DNA of 64,000 nucleotides from Christensenellales bacterium (GTDB taxonomy: Bacteria; Bacillota; Clostridia; Christensenellales; UBA1242). Made by a program: the position numbers and the translations under genes. The stretch's first letter is position 1; each line of letters opens with the position of its first letter. Positions 51,549 through 60,900 of this stretch are shown here, piece after piece. The notes below the pieces were generated by a model. It did no database searches and was not told where the DNA came from. It saw only the letters and a list, made by a program, of their open reading frames with translations. The stretch lies in NCBI GenBank assembly GCA_051883495.1, contig JBJETV010000022.1:35118-99117 (forward strand). Direction: 5' to 3'.

Positions 51549-52586
51549 ATGAAAAAAGGTGGGGCAAGAGTTTCTGGAGTTTTCACATTGCTCTTTTCGT
51601 TGATTATTCTTTTGTGTGCTGTTTTGCATTTAGGCAGTGTTTTTTCCATTGAATTTTTGCAAAAACTTACAGAAAATTCAACCATTGAAATTATCCATAG
51701 GGTTTTCATTGCCATATTTATTATGCCACTAAGCCTTATCCTTAATGGTTCTTTTGGCATAGATTACGAAATCGTGCAACAAGTTTTGGCAATTTTTACT
51801 GTGGCTTTTTATTTCCTTGGCTTATTGTGGGGTATTAAGGAAATCACTCTTGCTGGCAAAACTGATGAGAAATATGCCAAATGCTCTCGCACTTGCAGAT
51901 TTGTGCTTATCATAAAGATTATTGTTTTTGTTTACTTACTTTATGTATTCGCAAGCAGTTTCTACGACCAAGCCCTTATTGTGTTTTTCGAGTCAGTCAA
52001 CTCTTATATCACTTTTGTTCCAAAATTCACTACAATCCTTAGTGCTGTGCTTGCGTTCATTGCCTTTTTGCTCTATCTTATACCAGAAATCAGTTTCTTT
52101 AAGGCAAAGAGAAAGTTTCAGGCAGATATGGATTATCAGGAATTTATGTCTGAAAATGGAGAATACCCAGAGGGACAGGTCGCACAGCAGGCAGACGGAC
52201 AATATTACAACCAATATCCTCAAGAACAAAACTACAACGACCAATATGCCGGTGGGCAATATGTAGATGAACAAGGAAATGTGCAGTATCAATATTATGC
52301 CAATCAATACGACCAAAATGGCGCATACAACCAAGGTCCAAATCTTCAAACGCAATATGTCAGCAACAATGTCGAACCTCTCAACCCACAGGCTTTCACC
52401 CAAAATCCAAACAGATCTGGTGTTAGCATTATCCCAGGACAAAATGGTGTTCCTTACAACATCACTCCAAAGGGCATAGAAGACCTTGCCAGACTAGAAA
52501 GGTTGCATTCCAGCGGAGCAATAGACGATAAAAATTATTTTGCAATGCGAAAGAAAGTTTGCCAAATCAATGTTTCTTCCAACTAA
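51549..52586 (+). CDS. polytopic membrane protein with Q/N/Y-rich linker and C-terminal SHOCT domain
   Basis: SD GAGGGAGGA 4 nt before the ATG at 51549. About 5 hydrophobic helices. Low-complexity GQYYNQYPQEQNYNDQYAGGQYVDEQGNVQYQYYANQYDQNGAYNQ. C-terminus IEDLARLERLHSSGAIDDKNYFAMRKKV. Confidence 0.8.
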   Translation: MKKGGARVSGVFTLLFSLIILLCAVLHLGSVFSIEFLQKLTENSTIEIIHRVFIAIFIMPLSLILNGSFGIDYEIVQQVLAIFTVAFYFLGLLWGIKEITLAGKTDEKYAKCSRTCRFVLIIKIIVFVYLLYVFASSFYDQALIVFFESVNSYITFVPKFTTILSAVLAFIAFLLYLIPEISFFKAKRKFQADMDYQEFMSENGEYPEGQVAQQADGQYYNQYPQEQNYNDQYAGGQYVDEQGNVQYQYYANQYDQNGAYNQGPNLQTQYVSNNVEPLNPQAFTQNPNRSGVSIIPGQNGVPYNITPKGIEDLARLERLHSSGAIDDKNYFAMRKKVCQINVSSN

Positions 52587-52704
52587 AAATAGACTAGGGA
52601 AATATTTCTAATTAAAATAAACATTAGAACAAACTTTTTGAGTAGATATAAAAATTTTCAAAAGAAGTTATAAATTTTTATAATTTTATCTAAAAAAAAT
52701 GTTA

Positions 52705-52734
52705 CAAAAAACCACCAGTTTTATGGTGGTTTTT
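52705..52734. terminator. bidirectional intrinsic terminator (membrane/SHOCT gene on +, PEBP gene on -)
   Basis: Stem ACCACCA (52711-52717) / TGGTGGT (52724-52730), 6-nt loop. A6 upstream and T4 downstream. Confidence 0.65.
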
Positions 52735-53197
52735 AATTGTCATATATTCCATATATAGTAGCACTGTCCAGCACTTTGCCAGCCATTTCTCTATCCAGTT
52801 GCGTCTTGGAGAAGTTGCCACACATATTAAGGTCGCTACTTAAAGCATACACCGTAAGCCTATATTTGTGTGGCTTGTCTGGTGGGCAAGGTCCGCCATA
52901 ACTATTGTCGTGCCAACTATTTTTGCCTTGGATAAAGTCATAGCAATTCTCACTGTCGCCTTCATTGAGATAGTCCCTGTGCAAGTTGGCAACCAACCAG
53001 TGAATCCAAACAAAGTTGCATACAGGCAGAGAGTCTGGGTCGTCAAACACCACCACAAAACCTACAGTGCCCTTTGGCGCATCTTCAATTTTTATAGGCA
53101 AAGACAAGGTTGGCATGCCAAAGCGCTGTTCGCTTCCACGTTTGCCGTATTTATCCAAAATTTTTCCGTTTACAATTCCATCACTAGATATTTTCAT
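52733..53197 (-). CDS. YbhB/YbcL (PEBP, Raf-kinase-inhibitor-like) family protein
   Basis: VVFDDPDS...WIHWLVANL...GPCPPDKPHKYRLTVYAL are typical bacterial PEBP motifs. Confidence 0.85.
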   Translation of the reverse strand: MKISSDGIVNGKILDKYGKRGSEQRFGMPTLSLPIKIEDAPKGTVGFVVVFDDPDSLPVCNFVWIHWLVANLHRDYLNEGDSENCYDFIQGKNSWHDNSYGGPCPPDKPHKYRLTVYALSSDLNMCGNFSKTQLDREMAGKVLDSATIYGIYDN

Positions 53198-53289
53198 TTT
53201 TCACCAAAAATATTATATCATATTTTGTAAAATTTGTTAAACACTTCAAAGTATTTTCCTTTTTTTTACAAATTGTGTATAATAATAGT

Positions 53290-54054
53290 ATGGATACAAA
53301 AATTTTATTTGACAAATTATCTATTGAGGATTTTGACATCCCAAACCTAAAAGTTGTAATTTTTGACTTTGACAACACCCTTTATGACAATATAGAGTGC
53401 AAACAAGATTGGAGAGATGTTGTCCTAAAGAAAGTTGAAAATTTCCTTTCATTTTTGCCAAAACAAAAAAGGGAAACCCTTATGAACAAGTATGGGCTTT
53501 ATGACACAGATGGTAGGTTTTTTGAAAAGTTATTAAGGCTTTTTTCTGCCGAAAATATGCCCTTTTCAATCAAAGATTTTAGAGAACTTTCTTCGACCTT
53601 TATTTTTGATGCAGATTGGTCCAAAACAAATACTCTTCCAAATGAACTTTTGAGTAACCTTTCCAAAAAATATAACCTGTATATCTTGTCCAATTCCAGT
53701 GAAAATGTTGTAAAATATTTTTGCGAAAAATTGGGGATAGATATGTCATGTTTTAAGAAAATTGTCCAAAATAGATTTGACTCCAAAGATTTCTCCAAAA
53801 AGCCGGATTTTTTGGATATTATCTCTCAAGAGGGCATTTCTGCCAGCCAAGCAGTTGTGGTGGGCGACAGTGAATATTATGACATTCAGCCAGCAAAAGA
53901 GATTGGTGCCAACACAATTTTGTTGTATGGTCAGTGGGGTAAAAGTGGCGAAGGCTATCCTTGTTGCCACAAATGTTGCCATCACAGTCATATGACCTCG
54001 TCTGAAATGACCAGTTGTCATACAACAGACAATCAAAAGAGCAAAAAGGAATAG
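53290..54054 (+). CDS. HAD-superfamily hydrolase with Cys/His-rich C-terminal tail
   Basis: Motif I VIFDFDNTLYD, motif II LSNSS, motif IV VVGDSEYYD. Tail GEGYPCCHKCCHHSHMTSSEMTSCHTTDNQ. The start is ambiguous (ATG at 53290 or GTG at 53275) and neither has a clear SD. Confidence 0.8.
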   Translation: MDTKILFDKLSIEDFDIPNLKVVIFDFDNTLYDNIECKQDWRDVVLKKVENFLSFLPKQKRETLMNKYGLYDTDGRFFEKLLRLFSAENMPFSIKDFRELSSTFIFDADWSKTNTLPNELLSNLSKKYNLYILSNSSENVVKYFCEKLGIDMSCFKKIVQNRFDSKDFSKKPDFLDIISQEGISASQAVVVGDSEYYDIQPAKEIGANTILLYGQWGKSGEGYPCCHKCCHHSHMTSSEMTSCHTTDNQKSKKE

Positions 54055-54056
54055 AA

Positions 54057-55259
54057 ATGACAGACAACAAACAAAATGAAAAATCTAATAATATTGATCA
54101 AACAAAAGAAGTTCTTGACCATCTTGCCAAAAAGGATAAACGAATGATTGTGGCATTTGCACCAAGTGCAAGGGTGTCCATTGGCGAAATGTTTGGTGGA
54201 GAAGTGGGGCAAAATGTAGAGAGAAAAATTGTAAGCGCATTAAAACTTTTGGGTTTTGACGATATTTTTGACATAGATTTTGGTGCAGACCTAACTATTA
54301 TGGAGGAAGCGGAGGAATTTGCACAATTTATGCAAAAAAAGTGGACAAGCAATGATGAAAAAGTAAAAAATTCAACATTCTTTACTTCGTGCTGTCCTGC
54401 ATGGGTAAAGTTTGTCCAAAAGGTTTTCCCTCAATTCAAAAATAATATATCTTCTTGCAAATCTCCGCAAGAGATGACTTCCACTATTGCAAAAACATAT
54501 TACGCACGCAAACTAAATCTCAAACCAAGCGACATATATTTTGTATCAATTATGCCTTGTGTCGCCAAAAAATTTGAAAGACTGACAGATAGTTTTGTGG
54601 ATGAAAATGGCAACAAAAAATATTACACCGACGCAGTGCTAACTGTGAGAGAAGTTGGAGAAATATTAAAAGCAAAAGGAATAAATCTATTGCGACTGGA
54701 AGACGGACAATTTGATTTGCCATTGGGAATATCCTCTGGGGCTGGGGTAATTTTTGGCACAGCAGGCGGAGTTATGGAGTCTGCATTAAGAACATTGGAG
54801 GACAAATTTTCCCCTCAAAAGTCCACAAATAAAGATAAAAAATCACAAATTAAGTCTATGGATTTTCTTCTAAAAAAAGGGAAAAATGGAATAAAAGAAG
54901 GCACTGCGCTTATCGCTGGTAAAGAAGTGAAGATTGCGGTGGCAAGTGGGCTTGCTGGTTCTGGGCAACTGCTAAGAGATATATCTTCTGGCAAAAAATC
55001 CTACGATTTTGTGGAAGTTATGGCATGTGCAGGAGGCTGTGTAAATGGAACAGGAATGCCACTTTGCACCGCTACACCTGAACAAAAAGAAAAAATAATC
55101 ACCAAAAGAGCACAAGGGTTGAGAAGAAGTGACGGCAAAAAGTCTGTGCGAAAATCTCACGAAAACCCAGCAATCATTGACCTTTACACCAACTTCCTAG
55201 GCAAAGCAGGTAGCCCCCTCGCCCACGAACTCCTGCATATCAGTCACAACACAAAGTAG
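54057..55259 (+). CDS. hydA: [FeFe]-hydrogenase, H-domain only (M1-type, no N-terminal FeS-cluster domains)
   Basis: H-cluster motifs FFTSCCPAWV, MPCVAKKFE and EVMACAGGCVNG, plus C-terminal RKSHENPAIIDLYTNFLGKAGSPLAHELLH. The first ~100 residues contain no Cys. SD AAAGGA 6 nt before the ATG at 54057, which lies 2 nt after the HAD stop. Confidence 0.85.
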   Translation: MTDNKQNEKSNNIDQTKEVLDHLAKKDKRMIVAFAPSARVSIGEMFGGEVGQNVERKIVSALKLLGFDDIFDIDFGADLTIMEEAEEFAQFMQKKWTSNDEKVKNSTFFTSCCPAWVKFVQKVFPQFKNNISSCKSPQEMTSTIAKTYYARKLNLKPSDIYFVSIMPCVAKKFERLTDSFVDENGNKKYYTDAVLTVREVGEILKAKGINLLRLEDGQFDLPLGISSGAGVIFGTAGGVMESALRTLEDKFSPQKSTNKDKKSQIKSMDFLLKKGKNGIKEGTALIAGKEVKIAVASGLAGSGQLLRDISSGKKSYDFVEVMACAGGCVNGTGMPLCTATPEQKEKIITKRAQGLRRSDGKKSVRKSHENPAIIDLYTNFLGKAGSPLAHELLHISHNTK

Positions 55260-55293
55260 AGTAATATTTCAACAAAATAATTTTATACAAAAA

Positions 55294-55316
55294 ATGACCC
55301 AAAAGGGTCATTTTTC
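55294..55316. terminator. bidirectional intrinsic terminator between convergent hydA and metG
   Basis: Perfect stem ATGACCC (55294-55300) / GGGTCAT (55305-55311), loop AAAA. Flanked by an A-run and a T-run. Confidence 0.75.
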
Positions 55317-55393
55317 GTTGTTTTTTCAAAAACCACATCAAATTTTGGTGTGATTTTTCACATATAAGTAATAGCTTACAAGTGAGTAATACT

Positions 55394-57109
55394 TTACTTG
55401 CTAAAGAATTCTTTGATGTCGAATGGGGTTGACATAAAATCTCGAAGTTCTTTAAGTTTGATGTCGTCAAATCTTTCAAATATTGGCTGTGGTGTGCCGA
55501 TAGTGTGAGGGGTAGGGATATTAAGTTTTGATGCGTTTTGCCAAAAATCTTGTGCGGTTGGATCACCAGACAGTGCCAACTGGTCTTGCCAAAGAGTTTT
55601 TGTCTTCTGTGGGATAAATGGAGATGCCACTACGCAAAGGCTGGCACAGAGATTAAGTGCTAGGCGCAAAACTTTTTGGGCTTCGGCTGGTTTTTCTTGT
55701 TTCATAAGTGCCCAAGGAGCAGATTTTTCTACATATCCATTGCCCACTGTGGCATAACTCATCACCAATTTGTATGCTTCACGAAGTTCTGTTTTTTCAA
55801 AGGCTTCAGCGATTTTCTGTGGATATTCCTTTATCGCTTTCAAGACTTCTTTGTCCAAGTCATTCAGTTCGCTTTCTGCAGGTAGAGGTAGGTCCAGTGT
55901 TCCGCCAAAGTAACTTTTTACCATGTTAAGACTGCGATTGAAAAGGTTGCCAAACTTGCCAACAAGTTCGGAGTTGCAGTTATTTTTGAAATCTTCCCAC
56001 TTGAAGTCAGTATCTCTGTTTTCTGGAATTATTGTAGCCAGATAAGCACGCAATGTGTCGATATCTATTTTGTTGGAATTATCCAAAATAGAGTTGCAGA
56101 ACACACCAATTTTTTTGCTTTTGCTAAATTTTTGACCTTCAAAATTCAAAAAGTTTAACCCAACCACATTGTGTGCAAGGTTGTATTCGCCATTTTCTAG
56201 CAACATTGTTGGGAAGAATACTGTGTGAAATTGAATATTGTCCTTGCCAACAAAATTATAAATTTTTGCATCTTGTTGACACCAAAGGTCTTGATATTTT
56301 TGTTCATCGAGTTCTTTAGTTATGGAAATATATCCAATTGGGGCATCAAACCACACATAGAACACTTTATTTTCAAACCCATCAAGTGGAATAGGGAATC
56401 CCCATTTGTTATCTCTGGAGATACACCTTTCTTTAAGTCCTTCTTGCACCCATTTTTTTGCTTCTGCATAGACATGTGGGCGCCAAACATCTTTTTTGCT
56501 CTCGATATATTTGTCTAGCATCTCTGTGCCTTTGTCCAACCTCAAGAAAATATGTTTTGTTTTCTTTAATGTTGCGGGTCTTCCACAAGTTTTGCATCTT
56601 GCATTTTCAAGGGAGGTCAAAAGGCTGTCGCATTTTTCACATTGGTCGCCGTTTGCGTGTTCATAACCACACCTTGGGCAAGTGCCCACCACATATCTGT
56701 CTGGCAAAAACATATTGCAGTGTTCGCAATAATACACATCTGCCTCGCCTTGTGAAATGTATCCATTTTTGTTCAAAGTAAGGAAAAATTCTGTTGTAAC
56801 ATCTTTGTGAATGTCTGTATGAGTGTTGGAATAGATGTCATAACTTATTTCCAGTTTTTCATAAATTTCCTTGTGAATTTGATGAAGTCTTTCGGTCAAA
56901 ACCTCCACAGGGAGCCCAACCTCTTGTGCGGTTACAAGGCTAGGTGTTCCGTGCATGTCCGAACCGCCTACAAATGTAGTGTCATAGCCAAAACTTCGGC
57001 AATATCTTGCAAAGATATCTGCTGGCAAATGGCAGCCTACTATATGACCTACATGAGGAATATTGTTTACATATGTCAATGCTGATGTAATAAGTCTTTT
57101 TTCTTTCAT
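55394..57109 (-). CDS. metG: methionine--tRNA ligase
   Basis: HIGH-type NIPHVGHIVG, KMSKS-type KFSKSKK, zinc knuckles CEHCNMF / CPRCG / CEKC. SD GGAGA. Confidence 0.95.
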   Translation of the reverse strand: MKEKRLITSALTYVNNIPHVGHIVGCHLPADIFARYCRSFGYDTTFVGGSDMHGTPSLVTAQEVGLPVEVLTERLHQIHKEIYEKLEISYDIYSNTHTDIHKDVTTEFFLTLNKNGYISQGEADVYYCEHCNMFLPDRYVVGTCPRCGYEHANGDQCEKCDSLLTSLENARCKTCGRPATLKKTKHIFLRLDKGTEMLDKYIESKKDVWRPHVYAEAKKWVQEGLKERCISRDNKWGFPIPLDGFENKVFYVWFDAPIGYISITKELDEQKYQDLWCQQDAKIYNFVGKDNIQFHTVFFPTMLLENGEYNLAHNVVGLNFLNFEGQKFSKSKKIGVFCNSILDNSNKIDIDTLRAYLATIIPENRDTDFKWEDFKNNCNSELVGKFGNLFNRSLNMVKSYFGGTLDLPLPAESELNDLDKEVLKAIKEYPQKIAEAFEKTELREAYKLVMSYATVGNGYVEKSAPWALMKQEKPAEAQKVLRLALNLCASLCVVASPFIPQKTKTLWQDQLALSGDPTAQDFWQNASKLNIPTPHTIGTPQPIFERFDDIKLKELRDFMSTPFDIKEFFSK

Positions 57110-57129
57110 AAATTTTCTCCTGTTTTATG

Positions 57130-57179
57130 TTTGCAAACGCAATTTTTTTGCAAAAATATTTACAACTCACATTTGCAAA
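57130..57179. promoter_or_regulatory. three copies of the 8-bp palindrome TTTGCAAA in the dtd-metG spacer (candidate operator)
   Basis: TTTGCAAA at 57130-57137, 57147-57154 and 57172-57179, which is 21-70 nt upstream of the metG start codon. Confidence 0.3.
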
Positions 57180-57239
57180 AAGTTAGTTTTATTTGATTTT
57201 ATATTTTATACATAACGTATAATCAGCGGAAAGTAGCAA

Positions 57240-57698
57240 TTATCTTTTTTGGTCTGCAGAATCTATTATTATTGTTATTGGACCGTCGTTTTGCACATCA
57301 ACGTGCATATCTGCCCCAAAAATTCCGCTGTTTATTTTTTGGAAAGAGCCTTCATTTTGGCACTTTGATATAAATTGGTCAATCAATATTTTCGCCTCTT
57401 GCGGAGGCATACTTTCAAAGAAATCTGGTCTAAACCCATGGGAAGTGTTTGCATAGAGAGTGAAGTTGCTTATTACAAGCAATTCTGCTCCAACATCTTT
57501 TGGCGCAAGATTCATTTTATCATTTTCGTCACAAAAAACTCGCAATCCGCATACCTTACGCACAAGATAGTCTAGGTCTTTAGCATTGTCTTCTTTTTTA
57601 ATACCAACAAAACACACAAAACCCTTGCCGATTTGTCCTACAATTTTGTTGTTTACTGTTACACTTGCACTGGTGCATCGTTGAACAACTGCTCTCAT
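57240..57698 (-). CDS. dtd: D-aminoacyl-tRNA deacylase
   Basis: MRAVVQRCTSASVTV...SNFTLYANTSHGFRPDF...GADMHVDVQNDGPITIIID. GGAGGA lies directly upstream of the ATG at 57698. The track start at 57716 adds 6 residues. Confidence 0.9.
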   Translation of the reverse strand: MRAVVQRCTSASVTVNNKIVGQIGKGFVCFVGIKKEDNAKDLDYLVRKVCGLRVFCDENDKMNLAPKDVGAELLVISNFTLYANTSHGFRPDFFESMPPQEAKILIDQFISKCQNEGSFQKINSGIFGADMHVDVQNDGPITIIIDSADQKR

Positions 57699-57845
57699 AC
57701 TTCCTCCATTATGCAAGTATTATACACCGCAATTCATTTTTTTTCAAACATTTTTTGCACAACAAGTGCACAAATAGTTGTTGTCTAATGAAAAGGCATA
57801 TTTGCACAAAAAAGCGAAATTATGCGCAAAAATGAATTTTTTGTT

Positions 57846-57873
57846 TTGAAAGATAAAGAATATATTATATAAT
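57846..57873 (+). promoter_or_regulatory. candidate promoter of the truncated giant lipoprotein gene (TTGAAA-N16-TATAAT)
   Basis: TTGAAA at 57846-57851, TATAAT at 57868-57873. Confidence 0.3.
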
Positions 57874-57937
57874 TACTTTAATTATAAGACCTATTATGTA
57901 ATGCAAAAAAACAAAAATTTTGGATAATGGTGAAGAA

Positions 57938-60900
57938 ATGAAAAGAAAGTTGTTAAGTTTTTTGTTTATTATTCCACTTTTGTTTGCGTCTATGTTTATG
58001 CTTTCTGCTTGTGGAAAGGAGAATTTGAAATCTATCACTCTTAGCCTTTCGGGGCAAGATGTGTTGCAAAACAGCAAAAATACTTGGACTGTGGCCAAAA
58101 GAAACAAGCCATATCAAGTGCAGGCGGTGTTGTTTCCAGCAGAGTATTCTGTTGACGACCTAACATGGAGATGCACCCCAAGTGATGTGGCGACCATAAC
58201 TACTTCCGGAGCGCTTTCCGCAAAATCTGGTGGGTTGGCAGAGGTTTCGGCGCAATACAAGAATTCTGATGGCAGTGTGGTGTTTGCGTCTATCAAGGTG
58301 TATGTTTCCGAAACAAAACTTCCAACTTATAGTCAAATGGACATCAATGTTACATACGAAGGGGCAAATCTCTTGGAAAGTGAAAGTGCTTTGTCTTTTG
58401 TGCCAAATAATATGACAGACAGTTTTGAATTGAAATACTACGAAATTGTCGAAAATAATGGCAAAAAAAATTATGTGGAAACAGCAGAATTGTTGAATGT
58501 TGGCGATTACATTGTTCAATGTGTTCAAAAAGCCAGCCAACAAGAAATTTGCAGTCTTAACATTCACATAACCCCAGCGGTTATCCCTGCCCAAGTGCAA
58601 GCCCCAGTGATAAGCAGTGTGTATGGCGATGAATCTTTTGACGGAGTATTTGCAACAGGGCAAGATATAGATTATCAGACAGGCACTGTGCTATATGGCA
58701 TAGGTAACGACAGCAGTCGAGAAATAGGCAAATATGTCTTTGTTTCCCATGCACAACTTGCAAGTGGTGTGGGCAATTATGTTGTTGATGCAAGGATGCA
58801 GTTTGCTAGCAGTCAAGACGAGAAAAACTACAAATTCGAATACACAAAGGGCAGTCATACAATTTCTCCACGACAAGTTGTTGTAAAGGTTTTGGACAAA
58901 GATATCATTTATGGGGATAATATAGGAGATGTGGACTATGCTCTTTATGACTATGCGCAATATGCAAACAACGGAAATTCTTTTGATGATTTAGCAGAAA
59001 TCACTAGTGAAATCGTTTCATACAAAGCAAATATTTCAACAGGCAATGCTATTTTGAAGAAGGACAATAAACAGGTGGAGAAAAACAGTTTCAATCAATA
59101 TCCTGTTTTGTGGCAAGATGACATTGTGGCGCAGTATGACCTATCTTCCAAATTTGTTTGCAGTGGCAATGTTCAAATGGAAACTGTCGTTGGTGGCAAA
59201 ATAAAAATTTCTCCACGAGATATTGAGGTTACCCCTCAGAGCAGACAGAAGATTTTTGGAGAGAAAGACGAGAATGAGTTTTTCTTGGGGAGTTATTCTT
59301 ATGGAGTGGTGGACGAGAAAGAAATTTTACCATTTATATTTGTAAGTTACAACACCACAGCCTCTCTTGGAGAAAAAAATATGCTTGCCCCAGTGGGAAC
59401 ATATTATTATGCAGTGGACAACACCAAAAACAAAAACTACAACTTCTCCCTATGTGAAGATGCAAAAATGAGCATTTCACGAATAGTTTATGAAGTGTTG
59501 CCGGCAGAGGTTGTGATAAAATTTGCAGATGTCCTAGACGAATATTACAAGGCGACTGATGTTGTAGGAGTGAGTGAGGGATATCAACTAAAGATGGTGG
59601 AAAGTCTGACAGTGGCAGGCAAGGTTGTAGTGCAAAACAAGCAATGCAATGAAGTATTTGAAGAGGGCAAACTTGCACTGATTGGCGAAGACAAAATGGG
59701 GCTGTCATTAAGATTAGACGAAGTAACCAACTCGGACAAGAATATATACAAAAAATTCAAAATTTCACTTAGAGAATTTTTCTTTGACTCTCCATCTTCC
59801 AAAAAGGAAAACTATAGAGTTACAGTGTTAGATTCTTATCTCACTACAAAAAGAGAAAAATTGACGGTTACTCCATATATCAAGCCATATTACAGTGATG
59901 GGTTTGATGCAAGCAGAGTGTATGACGGAACTGTTGTTTCGACAATAGACGGTTTGTATTCTTCTTATATAATTGAAGGCAATTTTATAAACGGCGAAAC
60001 ATCATCTGACATTTTGCCTCAAAACACCAACTTTTTGACAATGCAAAAAGATGGCAAATATGTAAAAGTTTTGTCCAGCGGTGAAGTGTTTGTGGACGAA
60101 ATGAAAGATTGTGGCAGGTACAAAATTATGCTGGACGAAAGCGTAGTTGTAAATGCAGGAATGGAGCATTATGAACTCTGCTTTGACACTTCCAAAACAT
60201 ATTGCTATGAGATTAAGCAAAAGCAAGTTCATATAGTGCTGGATACATCAGAAAAGATTGAAATCGATGGGCAACAATATCCAGTTGTTTACAAAACTTA
60301 TGGACAAGGCGACCCAAATTTTAGTTTCAAAACAGTAGATGTGGTGGTAGAACCTGTTTCGTCAGGCAAACTTGCTAGACATAAAATTGGCAAAGATACC
60401 GAGGTGGTGGGACGTTATCCATTAACATTAGGCGATGCCTCTTTGGGAGAAAACTATTCTTTAGTGTTGGATAATTGTTATTTGCAGATTTTGCCAAGAA
60501 AAGTTACTGTTGTTCCAACTTCTCCAGTCGTTACCTATGGCTCGGATATCTCTCTCAATCAGTATTCTTACAATATAGACAACACATTGACATTTGACGA
60601 AAGTTTGACCACTGCTCCAACCTTTGCTGGCAGTTTCGCATTGCAGAAACATGACACAAATGTAGTCAAAAATACTTGTTACAAGGTGGGAGTTTACAAT
60701 ATTGTTGCAGGAAATTTTGCATGCACTTCTGATAATTATATTATGACATTATCCTCTGATGCAACTTATACAGTTACTGCAAAAAAGACAGTGCTAGACA
60801 TTTTATCCATATCCAATGCAGATAAAAACACTACGCCTATTAGCGATGTAATACTTGCAAACTCTCAACTAAAATTAAGACAAAGCGTGGGCAATGTAAC

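Noticed and set aside
53278-53292. A leaderless mRNA for the HAD gene, with TATAAT at 53278-53283 only 6 nt before the ATG at 53290.
   Set aside because: The corresponding -35 (TTTCCT) is poor and there is no extended -10. The region also serves the divergent PEBP gene, so this cannot be supported without 5'-end data.
57110-57239. A T-box riboswitch leader upstream of metG.
   Set aside because: The spacer is only 130 nt. I could not find a specifier-loop, T-box or antiterminator arrangement, and the region is almost devoid of G+C-rich stems.
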